Below, piece by piece: positions 38,285-51,748 of a stretch of 64,000 nt of DNA. Within the stretch, counting starts at the first letter, position 1. Every line of letters starts with the position of its first letter. The stretch comes from Scyliorhinus canicula. Its lineage: Eukaryota. The DNA lies in NCBI RefSeq assembly GCF_902713615.1, contig NC_052176.1:11608243-11672242 (forward strand), read 5' to 3'. The notes under the pieces were generated by a model. That model was not told the origin of the DNA. It did not search any database and worked only from the letters and a program-made list of their open reading frames with translations. The position numbers and the translations under genes were made by a program.

Positions 38285-39279
38285 TCACTTCTCTTATAGC
38301 TTCAGGAGGAATGGCGGTGCACACATTGCTGATTGGTTATCTCAACAACATTGTGGAGTCGGCTACAAAGTGACCAATCAGATATCTGTTTGAAGCACCA
38401 ATCAGGAGAACCCACGGTGCTGAGGGCGGAAAGTTTGGGCGCCAAATGTTCAGATTCCAACCGAATATTTATTTCAAAGCATAAAAGAGCGCGAAAAGAT
38501 AAAACAGAGAAAATTGAATAGGGACCGTAAAAAATGTGACTAAATAATTGAAATTTGAGTATAGGATTGTTGGCTTCTCTCTCTTTGACGAGTCTACAGT
38601 TTCCCTTTATCTGTCAGTTTCCGATTTGGGGATTTCTTTGTAACTGACGAACCCAAAACAAAATAGTAGTAAAAATAAAAGTAAATAATGCGGATGCTGC
38701 AAATTAAAGAGCTGGAGAAACTCACCATGTCTGTGAGTACCCGTTTCGGATTTGATCTCAGAGATTTTTACAACTTGGATTCGAATCGAGTTTAATCTAG
38801 CTGCTGTTTAAAACGCTATCAGCCGCAGACAGAATGTTTTATTTACAGCCAGCTGCAAATATTATAAAAAAGGTCCATATTGTAGACTACTTTAGTGCCA
38901 AAAGTGGAGTGAGCAGTTTGGAGCTAGTATCAGTATTGACATGGAGTTTTCCCACACCACTAATGTGCTCTCGACATAAATCGAAAGGAGATTTTTTCGA
39001 ATCCCGAACACAAATTGAAAGGGAGGTTTTGGAGTTCTATTCTCTCTCCAAAGCTAGCGACAGATACCGAATGTGAACAAGTCAGAAACCAAAGACACAG
39101 TGTCACCGAGCGGTCACCAAATGATGGGACACGTAGATCGACCGGGCGATAACTGGACATCACCCAGAATGTTATGTTTTTGTCAAACCCGATTTGAACG
39201 GATTTGGCTATTCCTAATAGAAATAAACTAATAATTGTTTAAAGTATGATGGTTTGGCTGCTTTCCAGAAATTGTGGGT

Positions 39280-39295
39280 GGCTCTTAAAAGAGCC
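39280..39295 (-). terminator. Histone 3' stem-loop (H2B)
   Basis: GGCTCT-TTTA-AGAGCC followed by ACCCA. Confidence 0.95.
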
Positions 39296-39332
39296 GTTGT
39301 GTTTGGGGTGGTTTTCAGTCCATTGTGCAGTT

Positions 39333-39710
39333 TTACTTGGAGCTGGTGTACTTGGTGACCGCCTTTGTCCCTTCCGACACGGCGTGCTTGGCCAGTTCCC
39401 CGGGCAGCAGCAGGCGCACGGCGGTCTGGATCTCCCGGGAGCTGATGGTGCTGCGCTTGTTGTAATGGGCCAGGCGGGAAGCCTCACCCGCGATACGCTC
39501 GAAAATATCGCTGACGAACGAGTTCATGATGCTCATGGCCTTGGAGGAGATGCCGGTGTCGGGGTGAACCTGCTTCATCACTTTGTAGATGTAGATGGAG
39601 TAACTCTCCTTCCTCGACCTTCGCCGCTTCTTGCCGCCCTTTACTGGGATCTTCTTCTGGGTTTTCTTAGCGCCCTTCTTGGGAGCTGGAGCTTTTTTGT
39701 CATCAACCAT
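39333..39710 (-). CDS. H2B: Histone H2B (125 aa)
   Basis: [16 protein letters not shown]...KYTSSK; TATAAAAG near 39770 and octamer-like CTCATTAACAT near 39795 upstream. Confidence 0.98.
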   Translation of the reverse strand: MVDDKKAPAPKKGAKKTQKKIPVKGGKKRRRSRKESYSIYIYKVMKQVHPDTGISSKAMSIMNSFVSDIFERIAGEASRLAHYNKRSTISSREIQTAVRLLLPGELAKHAVSEGTKAVTKYTSSK

Positions 39711-40019
39711 TGTGACAGCAAACTGCAGACACACAATAACTGGGAACTGCCAGATAACTGCCCTTTTATAGACTAACTCAGTGAACTATGTTAATGAGGA
39801 TGGGAGAGAGACCAAGTCACCAATGGTGAATTTAGAATGCTGTGACGTTTATGTGGATCTGATTGGTTGTTTCAGGCAGCCAATTACAGCAACTGCTCCT
39901 CCCATCCACAAACTCTGTGGCCAATCAGATTGCCCCTAATTGACACATTGCTCTGACTCTGGGCCTCCCTCTGCCGGCAGCAGCACATTCTCTCTGCTGG
40001 TAATAACACGTCACTCTCC

Positions 40020-40190
40020 AGGGGCTGTCCCTGCGCATGCGTGCCCACTCAGCCCGATCAGGCAGTGCGCAGGCGCGGCTCTCAGCGTCCGGACCGCCTC
40101 TTCCTGACGTCACCGGGCTGTCCAGGGGCAGCTTCTTTGAAGCAACACCAGGTTGAAGCGGCGCTGGAGAGCAGATCCTCCATTTTGTAG
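40020..40190 (+). promoter_or_regulatory. CpG-rich promoter-like segment beyond the H2B promoter
   Basis: NRF1-type TGCGCATGCG (40032) and TGCGCAGGCGC (40066); full CRE TGACGTCA (40105-40112) overlapping CTTCCT. Confidence 0.5.
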
Positions 40191-40209
40191 CTGGCAGCTG
40201 GGAAGAATT

Positions 40210-41635
40210 GAAAATGGATGGTTTTGTAATAAAGAAGAGAGGGTCAGAGACACAAACAGGCCCGGATCTCACAACTAAATCTGTGGGAGAGTCGCCCAGG
40301 GGAGTGACAGCAACACAAAGCAGAGCTGGTGTCAGCTCCACGGCCTCTGCTCAACAACCCATTCAGAAGGAGCTGAAATCAGGAACACAGCAGAATAAAG
40401 GGGATATTTGAAGGTATGTCTTTATAAATTGTGCCAATGCAAATCAGGATCCCCTCCGGCTGATTTATTTGGAGATGAAACGTGGATGCTCTCTCATAGA
40501 ACATAGAACAGTACAGCACAGAACAGGCCCTTCGGCCCTCGATGTTGTGCCGAGCAATGATCACCCTACTTAAACCCACGTAACCCATATACCCGTAACC
40601 CAACAATCCCCCCATTAACCTTACACTACGGGAAATTTAGCATGGCCAATCCACCTAACCCGCACATCTTTGGACTGTGGGAGGAAACCGGAGCACCCGG
40701 AGGAAACCCACGCACACACGGGGAGGACGTGCAGACTCCACACAGACAGTGACCCAGCCGGGAATCGAACCTGGGACCCTGGAGCTGTGAAGCATTGATG
40801 CTAACCACCATGCTACCTGGAGCTGTGAAGCATTGATGCTAACCACCATGCTACCGTGAGGCCTGTCTTACCTTGCAGACATCTTTTCAATTCTAAACAC
40901 ACTGAACCTCAAATTGCAAGGAAAGGAGGAGGATTGCTTTTGGCGCTGTGAAGAATTTGATGCTTTCCAAAAGTAATTGAATGTTAGGCAACTGCGAGTA
41001 GAAAGCCAAACCTACTACATGTTCCCCACGCTGTAAAGACATATGAAAGGAAATAGTTAGTAAAGGAACTGTCGATAGACTGGATGCGCTGATCAACAGT
41101 TTTTATCGCTTTTTTCCAGAGGAGAAGTTTCAGATTTTGAGAGAGAATTGGTTGGTGAAAACTCCTTTTGAGTTCGAGACCCCTGACTCAATTACAAACT
41201 GATAGCTGACTCCAAATGTACAAACTGAGCTTCTGCACCTCACCTGTGACAGCACATAAAAAATACGCCACAACCCCATGAGGTTTTCAGAATTCTGGCG
41301 TCACGTCGACGAGGAGTATCCAGTGCTGAGTAAAACAAGCATTCTGTTGCTATTACACATCACAAGGATGTACTTGTTAAAGGTTTGGATTTTCATCCTC
41401 AAAAGGATGAAGACAGCACAAAGGAACCAGCTGAACTCTGCACCTGATACACGCGCTGCCCTCTCCACATCTGAACCTGATTGAAGTGAGAGCAGAAGGA
41501 CCAAGCAAGCTCATCTGCTGCATTAAAGGTAAGAGGACATATATTGGATCGTGGTGGTCAGCTGGAGTGGGTCCCAAAAGACGGACAGTTGGTTAAAATG
41601 GGTCGCAGGTATAAACCAGTTTAAAAGTACTGCTC
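40210..41635 (+). mobile_element. hAT (Charlie/Buster-like) transposase remnant, interrupted by HE1
   Basis: FWRHVDEEYPVLSKTSILLLL...MKTAQRNQLN..PDTRAALSTSEPD resembles the hAT C-terminal dimerisation domain; the 5' boundary is tentative. Confidence 0.7.
40496..40860 (-). mobile_element. Young HE1-like SINE with an internal head duplication
   Basis: Full length; CCTGGAGCTGTGAAGCATTGATGCTAACCACCATGCTA occurs twice. Confidence 0.9.
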
Positions 41636-41987
41636 TGTAAAATACTACTGATTCAGTTCATCCATTTTCCTTCATTTACCATGAATAACTGATCTAATGT
41701 CATTGATGTAGTACATATGTTACAGATAAGAACATTTATAACTTAATCAGAATGGTAAAGGCAGTTTCAGACATCAAGACGAGACAAGAAGAGACCTAAG
41801 CAATGACATATTATAATAATTATTATTGGTAAACATGCAGTTACTGAAGAAATATTTTAAAATCCAGGTTTGGCAGTATGTCATGGTGCGCGTTACAGAG
41901 AAAGTGCTGCAAGCTGCTCAGAACTGGATGTTAACTATTCAAGTGGAGACTGGAGAAGCTTTTAACTGGAGCTAAATTCATCGATTT

Positions 41988-42415
41988 CATAGAATCTGCA
42001 GTGCAGAAGGCAGCCATTCAGCCCATCGAGTCTGCAACGGCCCTTGGAAATAGCATACTAATAATAATAGCTTATTGTCACAAGTAGGTTTCAATGAAGT
42101 TACTGTGAAAAGCCCCAGTCGCCAGATTCCGCCGCCTGTTTGGGGAGGCCGGTACGGGAATTGAACCCACGCTGCTGGCCTTGTTCTGCATTACAAGCCA
42201 GCTACTTAGACCACTGTGCTAAACCAGCACCCCAAGTACCGAAGCCCACACCTCAACCCTATCCCCACACCTCCACCCTCTCCCATAACCTTCCCTCGCC
42301 TTTTTTGGACACTAAAGAAATTTTAGCATAGCCAATCCACATAACCTGCACATCTTTGGACTGTGGGAGGAAACCGGAGCACCCGGAGGAAACATGGGGA
42401 GAATGTATAGACTCC
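41988..42415 (-). mobile_element. HE1-like SINE with a nested short SINE at 42060-42228
   Basis: HE1 tail and core are separated by the second SINE family. Confidence 0.8.
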
Positions 42416-42889
42416 GTTGACTGTGTAAACCAGCGGAGTGTTCAAATCATATTCTATTACAAATTGGAAACCAGGGGAGTGAGTAAATCAGTGGTGTGGG
42501 TAAACCAGGGAGTGTGGAAATCAGGGGAATGATTCAAACCAGGGGACTGTCCAAGACAAGACAATTGTCTAATGCCTCTGAAATGTATCAACCAGCGCAC
42601 TGTGTGAACCAGAATAGTGTACAAACCAAATTCAGTTTCAACTATGAAAGGTGTTAAAATGAAGTCAGTCAGTGGAATGGTAGTTTGCAGAAAGTGTGAG
42701 TTTGAGGGGCTGAGTGACAGTGTAATAACAAACAAGCTGCAGGCAATGGCTGCAAATTGAATATCTCGTTGGGACAAACACACAGCTACAAAGGTGATTG
42801 GTTGAGCCCTGGGGCACAGGGCCACTTGCATCCACACACACACAGTGTCTCAGAGTTGCGGGAGTGGAGCTGCTGCTTTGCTGCTGGAG

Positions 42890-43440
42890 GTGAGAGTGGG
42901 ACCACCTGGGGCCTGGTGCTGTTCCCCATCCCGGGGTGAAGACCCTGCCCTCTGTCCTCCCATCCCGGTGCCCGAGGTGGGACCGGGACCGCCTGGTGCT
43001 GTTCCCCCTCCCGGGGTGAAGACCCTGCCCTCTGTCCTCCCATCCCGGTGCCCGAGGTGGGACCGGGACCGCCTGGGGCCTGGTGCTATTCCCCATCCCG
43101 GGGTGAAGACCCTGCCCTCTGTCCTCCCACCCCTCTGAGTGAGGTGGGACTGGGACCACCTGGGGTCTGGTGCTGTTCCCCCTCCCAGGGTGAAGACCCT
43201 GCCCTCTGCCCTCCCGCCCCTCTGAGTGAGGTGGGAGTGGGTCCGCCTGGGGCCTGGTGCTGTTCCCCCTCCCGGGGTGAAGACCCTGCCCTCTTTCCCT
43301 CCTGCCCCTCTGAGTGAGGTGGGAGTGGGTCCGCCTGGGGCCTGGTGCTGTTCCCCCTCCCGGGGTGAAGACCCTGCCCTCTGCCCTCCCGCCCCTCTGA
43401 GTGAGGTGGGAGTGGGTCCGCCTGGGGCTGCTGTGAAGAC
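42890..43440. repeat. ~87-bp GC-rich tandem repeat, about 6 copies
   Basis: GAGGTGGGAGTGGGTCCGCCTGGGGCCTGGTGCTGTTCCCCCTCCCGGGGTGAAGACCCTGCCCTCTG units. Confidence 0.9.
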
Positions 43441-43609
43441 AAAGGACTTTGCCTTGGGCCCTCACAGGGCTGAAGAGCGCAGTCCGCCCCCCCTTTTTCA
43501 CCCCCTGTGGTGGGTGTGTGGCAGCTGCCACTTTGCTTTAGGCCACTCCGGGGCTGAAGAACGCTGCCCGGCTTACAGTGACTATCTGCTGCTGCCCTGT
43601 GACACCTGC

Positions 43610-44030
43610 TGTTGTGCTGCCTTCCCCTAGTCCCCTGATTTCAGTTACATGGTTGTGCCATACCAAGGGTGGGCATAGCCAGTACCCCAGGGGCATCCCC
43701 AGAGACCTGCCACTTTTGCGGCCTGGTGGAGACCGTGGAGCATGTGTATGTTGTCTGTCCTCGGCTGCATTCCCTTTTTAGTTTTTTGACGACATTGTTG
43801 TTTTTGTCTTTGCACTTTAGCCCCACGTTCCTGACCTACGGACATCCGGAGCAGGGGGGAGGGTGGAAGGTGGAGGGCCTCCTTGTGAACCTGCTCCTGG
43901 GCCTGGCCAAACTTGCCATTAATAGGTCCAGTTAGTGGGCGACCGAGGGGGTCATCCGGCCTGACTGTCTGCCCCTCTTCCACGGCCCTGTTCGTGGCCG
44001 TGTGTCCCTGGAGCTGTAGCATGCGGTGAC
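43610..44030 (+). mobile_element. Tx1/L1-clade ORF2 C-terminal fragment
   Basis: CHFCGLVETVEHVYVVCPRL (CCHC knuckle) followed by LLLGLAKLAI. Confidence 0.72.
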
Positions 44031-46411
44031 CAAATACAGTCACAAACATCCCCCACCTTTTGTTTTTTTTGATAGTAGTATTAAATAATCAGCACAGTTG
44101 CTTTCCGGAAAACAAAATGTACTTGGCTATTCCCGTCATTTGTGGAAGAGGTGCTGCTAAATTGACTTAATTTGAGGTTAATCTGTTCAGCAATTTTATT
44201 TGTTGATGGTATTCGGCAATTGGTATGGCTCAGCAAATGAGACCTGTCGACCCATCATCCAGTTTTTCTTTCTTCAGAAAAGTACTATTTGTGGTAGGAT
44301 GAGATATAAGGAGATTTTGCCTTTTGATTTGCCAGCACGGTAAATGGTATCTAGAAATCGCTATAGCTCTGATTATGGCCTGTGGCCCTTACTCATTAAT
44401 ATGATGGGGCTATTCCCAGCATGGCATAAGTGTCTAAATCGGTGTTCCCACTGGCAGTAATATTGCTTTCTGCTCTCTGGATTCCTGGCAGCTTCTGAAG
44501 TAAATGACTGTTGTCCTGTGAGAAATGTACTTGGTAAACATGGAAAATTCTGAGTTAAAAGTAATTGTCAAGTGGCAGAGTCATCAACAAATGTGGAGAT
44601 AAATCTGTGACAAACCATGTCCTTAGTTCATTCACCTTATTATCTGCATGCCTGTATTCTCTTCAAAAGCCATTTTGTGTGCTTCAGCAACCTGCATCAG
44701 TATAGCGTTAACAGCAGAGAAAGGGATTTTGTGAGGACACCTTGCAGACCCTTATGAATTTGGATACTGTTTTGGTTTTTTGACCGGATTACCACTCAGA
44801 ATCCAGCTTTATCAACAGCTTAACTCATTAGAAGATGCACCAATGAAGAATTGGCAAATTCTACAAGATTTCAACCTTCAACCCCATATTGACTGCTTAC
44901 AACAGTGGTGTAACTTGCAGAAATGTCAGTAGTCACTTAGGCTTTCTCATATTGAAGCATTAGTTCATCACTGGGCTTTAGTTCATCAGTGGCAAATTAC
45001 CCTCCAATATAGGCAGTCTGTTTGATCTTGAAATCATTGCAGCCATGCCTAATCTGACCTTCATTCAGTGTTTGTGCACTTGTACTTTGTAAAACTAGCC
45101 GTAGAGCATCAATCAGAGGAATCACACTTTTCATCTCTCACTGATCCAGAAACACAGCCTGTTGCCAATCTGCTGAGAGCAGATAACAAACTAGGGTCAA
45201 ACCTGGAATCTTATTGGCTCAGCCTCTCACTGAATTACCTTTCTGAGCTACCGCGGGGACTTGTAGTTTTTGACTACAACACGGTCTCTATAGGAGGTTT
45301 TGCTCTATCTGTGATGACAGTGAAATGGGGAATATTCCCATTGATTCTCAATGCGGAATTGCTGCGCGGATCTGCGCATGTCCGGTTTAGCCCCGCCCCC
45401 TGCCTGTCGTCACTCTGAAGCTGACAGCGCATGCGCAGCCCCTCCAGCGAGGAAACAGCGTTCTCATTGCAGCAGCTCATCCATTTGGGAGTGTGAGCAA
45501 AGAGGCTCAGAGATCATTACTGACTCTGGGGGAGTTCAGGGGGAATCGGGGGCTGTTTGCAAGAGGCGCAGCGGGAGCCCCATCTTGTTCCGGGACTTGG
45601 AGTGAGCGGGGGGGAAGGGAGAGCTCTTTCTGGGCCTGGCTTATTGTCTGATTCTGGGGCAGGATTTGCACAGTATTTTCTTTCATTTACTAATTATCAG
45701 TTGAAAGAATTGATTGATCTCTCATTGGCCTCATCTGACCCTGATTTACAAGATATTTGTTTTCTTCCCCCTAGTTCAACAGATGAAGAGATGAGTTCCC
45801 AGAACAAGATGATGATTCTTCAGCAACATGAATGTGCCGCCGTCTCCTTCTAACTGACAGTAAGTACAATATTAATCCAACATTGCAGAGACACAGACAC
45901 AACATCAGCTCCACCGTCACAGGGAACAGAAGCAGTCACACTCACATTGAGCTCAAGTCCCAGATACACATGTCCAATCCAACAGTGATACACGAGAGGG
46001 CAGGTGGGATAATTTTCCACGATTCACCCCTACTCCATATCATGGAACGTTGGATCAACTTGTTGTAATGACAGCTTTTCATCTGTAAAGTAATCAGGAT
46101 AGTATTAATTAGGTTATAGATTGAGCAATCAATGTGGAAGTATCCATTTGCACTTCTTTGTAATTTTGTTGGATTAAAATATATCCGGAAGCTCATTCAT
46201 CTCACAAGTTGTGAACTTTAGGTGCAAGTAAAAAGTCAGTGCTGCTGATTGAAAAGAACAGAATCATTCATGAGATTGAACTGAGACAAGTCCCAAAGCT
46301 AAATATTGGGGGAATATCCAATTCTCCTAACAAGCATGTCTTTCGAGACTTGTGGGAGGAAACCGGAGCATCCGGAGGAAACCCATGCAGACATGGGGAA
46401 GACGTGCATAC

Positions 46412-49400
46412 TCTTTACACAGTGTCCTGCTTTACACACTGCCCTGCTTTACACACTGCCCTGCTTTACACACTGCCCTGCTTTACACACTCCCCCGCTT
46501 TACACACTGCCCTGCTGTACACACTGCCCTGCTTTACACGCTGCCCTGCTTTACACGCTCCCTGCTTTACACGCTACCCTGCTTTACACACTGCCCTGCT
46601 TTACACACTGCCCTGCTTTACACACACCCCTGCTTTACACGCTGCCCTGCTTTACACGCTCCCCTGCTTTACACGCTCCCTGCTTTACACGCTCCCCTGC
46701 TTTACACACTGCCCTGCTTTACACACTGCCCTGCTTTACACACTGCCCTGCTTTACACACTGCCCTGCTTTACACACTGCCCTGCTTTACACACTGCCCT
46801 GCTTTACACACTGCCCTGCTTTACACACTCCCCTGCTTTACACATTCCCCTGCTTTACACACTGCTCAGCTTTACACACTGCCCTGTTTTACACACTGCC
46901 CTGTTTTACACACTGCCCTGCTTTACACACTGCCCTGCTTTACACACTGCCCTGCTTTACACACTGCCCTGCTTTACACACTGCCCTGCTTTACACACTG
47001 CCCTGCTTTACACACTCCCCTGCTTTACACACTCCCCTGCTTTACACACTCCCCTGCTTTACACACTGTCCTGCTTTACACACTGCCCTGCTTTACACAC
47101 TGCCCTGCTTTACACACTGCCCTGCTTTACACACTGCCCTGCTTTACACACTGCCCTGCTTTACACACTGCCCTGCTATACACACTGCCCTGCTTTACAC
47201 ATTTTCCTGCTTTACACACTGCCCTGCTTTACACACTGCCCTGCTTTACACATTTTCCTGCTTTACACACTCCCCCGCTTTACAAAATGCCCTGCTTTAC
47301 ACACTCCCCTGCTTTACACACTGCCCTGCTTTACACACTGCCCTGCTTTACACACCGCCCTGTTTTACACACCGCCCTGTTTTACACACTGCCCTGCTTT
47401 ACACACTGCCCTGCTTTACACACTCCCCTACTTTACACACTCCCCTACTTTACACACTCCCCTGCTTTACAGACTCCCCTGCTTTACACACTCCCCTGCT
47501 TTACACACTGCCCTGCTTTACACACACCCCTGGTTTAAACACTGCCCTGCTTTACACAATTTCCTGCTTTACACAATTTCCCGCTTTACACACTGCCCCG
47601 CTTTACACACTGCCCCGCTTTACACATTGCCCCTCTTTACACACTCCCCTGCTTTACACACTCCCCTGCTTTACACACTGTCCCGCTTTACACACTGTCC
47701 CGCTTTACACACTGTCCCGCTTTACACACTCCCCTGCTTTACACACTGCCCTGCATTACACACTGCCCCGCTTTACACACTGCCCTGCATTACACACTGC
47801 CCCGCTTCCCACACTGCCCTGCTTTACACACTCCCCGGCTTTACACACTGCCCGGCATTACACACGCCCCTGCTTTACACACTCCCCTGCTTTACACACT
47901 CCCCTGCTTTACACACTGTCCCGCTTTACACACTGTCCCGCTAAACACACTGCCCCGCTTTACACACTGCCCCGCTTTACACACTGCCCCGCTTTACACA
48001 CTGCCCCACTTTACACACTGCCCCTCTTTACACACTGCCCCGCTTTACACACTGCCCCGCTTTACACACTGCCCCGCTTTACACACTGCCCCGCTTTACA
48101 CACTGCCCCGCTTTACACACTGCCCCGCTTTACACACTGCCCCGCTTTACACACTGCCCCGCTTTACACACTGTCCCGCTTTACACACTGTCCCGCTTTA
48201 CACACCGTCCCGCTTTACACACCGTCCCGCTTTACACACCGCCCCGCTTTACACACCGCCCCGCTTTACACACCGCCCCGCATTACACACCGCCCCGCAT
48301 TACACACCGCCCTGCTTTACACACCGCCCTGCTTTACACACCGCCCTGCTTTACACACCGCCCTGCTTACACACCGCCCTGCTTTACACACCCCCTGCAT
48401 TACACACCCCCTGCTTTACACACTGTCCTGCATTACACACTGCCCCGCTTCCCACACTGCCCCGCTTTACACACTCCCCGGCTTTACACACTGCCCTGCA
48501 TTACACACGCCCCTGCTTTACACACTGTCCCGCTTTACACACTGTCCCGCTAAACACACTCCCCCGCTTTACACACTGCCCCGCTTTACACACTGCCCCA
48601 CTTTACACACTGCCCCTCTTTACACACTGCCCTGCTTTACACACTGCCCTGCTTTACACACTGCCCTGCTTTACACACTGCCCTGCTTTACACATTGCCC
48701 TGCTTTACACACTCCTCTGCTTTACACACTGCCCTGCTTTACACACTGCCCTGCTTTACACACTGCCCTGCTTTACACACTGCCCTGCTTTACACACTGT
48801 CCTGCTTTACACACTGTCCTGCTTTACACACCGTCCTGCTTTACACACCGTCCTGCTTTACACACTGTCCTGCTTTACACACCGCCCTGCTTTACACACC
48901 GCCCTGTTTTACACACCGCCCTGCATTACACACCGCCCTGCATTACACACCGCCCTGCTTTACACACCGCCCTGCTTTACACACTCCCCTGCTTTACACA
49001 CTGCCCTGCTTTACACACCGCCCTGCATTACACACTCCCCTGCTTTACACACTGTCCTGCATTACACACTCCCCTGCTTTACACACTCCCCTGCTTTACA
49101 CACTGTCCTGCATTACACACTCCCCTGCTTTACACACTCCCCTGCTTTACACACTGCCCTGCTTTACACACTCCCCTGCTTTACACACTCCCCTGCTTTA
49201 CACACTGCCCGGCTTTAAACACTGCCCTGCTTTAAACACTGCCCTGCTTTACACACTCCCCTGCTTTACACACTGCCCTGCTTTACACACTGCCCTGCTT
49301 TACACACTGCCCTGCTTTACACACTGCCCCGCTTTACACACTCCCCTGCTTTACACACTCCCCTGCTTTACACACTCCCCTGCTTTACACACTCCCCTGC

Positions 49401-49487
49401 TTTACACACTCCCCTGCTTTACACACTGCCCTGCTTTACACACTGCCCTGCTTTACACACTCCCCTGCTTTACACACTGCCCTGCTT
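46412..49487. repeat. 17-bp minisatellite, about 180 copies
   Basis: Unit CTGCTTTACACACTGCC; explains the 998-aa periodic ORF. Confidence 0.97.
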
Positions 49488-49709
49488 GAACCACTTCCTA
49501 TCATTTCGAAGCTCCACTAGTTTACACACTTTCTTGTTGTGCGCACCCCTCTATTTTTACACACTTCTTCCTAAAAAATCTCTTTTCCGGCATTTTTGAA
49601 ATGAGATACATTGCCGTTTGTTTTCATTTATTGTACAGAACACAAAGGCTTCTTCTCAGGTTTCTCTAATAACAGGCTGTCGCCGTCTGCTCAGCAAACA
49701 ATCCTCCCT

Positions 49710-50570
49710 ATTTCCCCCCACCACCCAGCTCCCCTCTCCCTCACCCCCCCCCCCCCGCTCAGCACCCCTCTGCCTGATCTCCCCCACCCAACTCCCCTCT
49801 CCCTGACCCCCTCCCCCCCACCCAGCTCCCCTCTCCCTGACCCCCCCCCGCCCAGCTCCCCTCTCCCTGACCCCCCCGCCCAGCTCCCACCCCTACCCCC
49901 CCTCCAACCAGCTCCCCTCTCCCTGACCCCCTCCCCCCGCCCAGCACCCAGCTCCCCTCTCCCTCACCCCCCCCCACCGCCCAGCTCCCCTCTCCCTCAC
50001 CCCCCCACCACCCAGCTCCCCTCTCCCTCACCCCCCCCACTGCCCAGCTCCCCTCTCCCTCACCCCCCCCCCCGCTCAGCACCCCTCTCCCTGATCCCCC
50101 CCACCCAACTCCCCTCTCCCTGACCCCCTCCCCCCTCCCTGACCCCCTCCCCCCACCCAGCTCCCCTCTTCCTGACCCACACCCCCGCCCAGCTCCCCTC
50201 TCCCTGACCACCCCCGCCCAGCTCCCCTCTCCCTGACTCCCCCGCCCAGCTCCCCTCTCCCTGACCCACACCCCCGCCCAGCTCCCCTCTCCCTGACCCA
50301 CACCCCCGCCCAGCTCCCCTCTCCCTGACCACCCCCGCCCAGCTCCCCTCTCCCTGACCACCCCCGCCCAGCTCCCCTCTCCCTGACCCCCCCCGCCCAG
50401 CTCCCCTCTCCCTGACCCCCGCGCCCAACTCCCCTCTCCCTGACACCCCCACCCAACTCTCCTCTCCCTGAACACCTCCTCGCCCAGCTCCCCTCTCCCT
50501 GACCCCCCCCACCCCCCCCACCCAACTCCCCTCTCCCTGAACACCTCCACCCACCCAACTCCCACACAAG
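49710..50570. repeat. C-rich ~29-bp minisatellite (G-quadruplex/i-motif potential)
   Basis: CCCAGCTCCCCTCTCCCTGACCCCCCCCG units with extreme strand skew. Confidence 0.92.
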
Positions 50571-51748
50571 CTCTGGGAAATATACCCGGACGGGATGGGT
50601 CTTTCCTCCCCTCTCTTCTTTCCTTTTCACTGACCATCTAACTGGGTTATTGCTCGTTCCCTTTCCCGTTTTTCTTCGTGTTCCCTCACCGTGCTGTGGT
50701 TGCTGCCTTTGTTGTCTCCCCCTGTGCCCCCCCCCCCCACGTTATTGTTTCCTTATCTGTTCCCCCTTCTGGCTCCCCATTTTTCATCTTCCCCCTTGCT
50801 GCCCCCCCTTCTTCACTGCTGCCCCCATTCTTTCTTGCTGGGTTTTGATACATCATCTTGCTCCCCCCCAACCCCCAGGTCCTCCCTCGCTTTCCTCTGT
50901 CTGTCTCGTCCCGGCTATTTCTCCCTGGCTATTCGCTATTTATTCATGTATTGGCCACAAACAGGTCTCGGAACAGTCGGGTGAATGGCTCCCATGTTCT
51001 GTGGAAGCTCTCTCCCTGACCCACAGATGGTGAATTAGATTTTCTCCATTGGGAGAAATTCCGAAAGCCAGTCTGCAGCTTTAGGTGGTGCTGCTGATCA
51101 CCAGCCGAGCAGGATTCTACGGCGGGCGATCAGGGAGGCACGGGCATCCGCCCTCCTGCCCATGAAGTGATCAGGCTGGTCTGATACCCCGAAGGCCGCC
51201 ACTTTCGGGCATGGCTCTACCCTCATCCCCACCAGCTTGGACATTGCCTCGAAGAAGGCTGTTCAGTACCCACCAAGTCTGGGGCAAGACTAGATCATGT
51301 GGGCATGGTTGGCTGGGCCTCCTTGGCACCGTTCACATCTATCCTCCACCTCTGGGAAGAATCTGCTCATTCGGGTTCTGGTCAACTGGGCCCTATGTAC
51401 CACTTTTAGCTGCGTCAGGTTGAGCCTCGGGCATGTGGAGGGAGAGTTGACCCTGTGCAGTGCTCCGCTCCAGAATCCCTAGTCTATTTCTAACCCAAGC
51501 CTGCCTCCCATTTCCTCCTTGTCGTGTCCAGTTCGGTGTCGGTTCTCTCTAGCTGTTATTCGTACATGTCTCTACAGTTCCTTCTGCCTAGGATGTCTGC
51601 GTCCAGTAGCTCTTCTAATAGTGTCTGTCATGGTGGTCGCAGGTATGCCCTTGTCCCCTTCCAGAGGAAGGTTTTAAGCTGCAGGTATCTGCGTTTGTTG
51701 TCTTTAGCTAGTTGGAATCTCTGCATCAGTTCTTCCAGTGATGTGACC

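Larger units (their letters stand above)
42630..46410 (+). repeat. Cassette copy E, split by a ~2.4 kb insertion (42847-45276)
   Basis: The 5' part ends CACACACACAGT (42846) and the 3' part resumes CAACACGG (45277); intact copies read CACACAGTCCCCCCAACACGG. Confidence 0.82.

Noticed and set aside
42140-42228. tRNA-like cloverleaf on the minus strand (also 34442-34525 and HE1 heads)
   Set aside because: Head of a tRNA-derived SINE continuing into SINE body and tail; arms are non-canonical.
46239-49235. 998-aa ORF and overlapping long ORFs
   Set aside because: Translation of a 17-bp repeat that lacks stops in all three frames; no coding signal.
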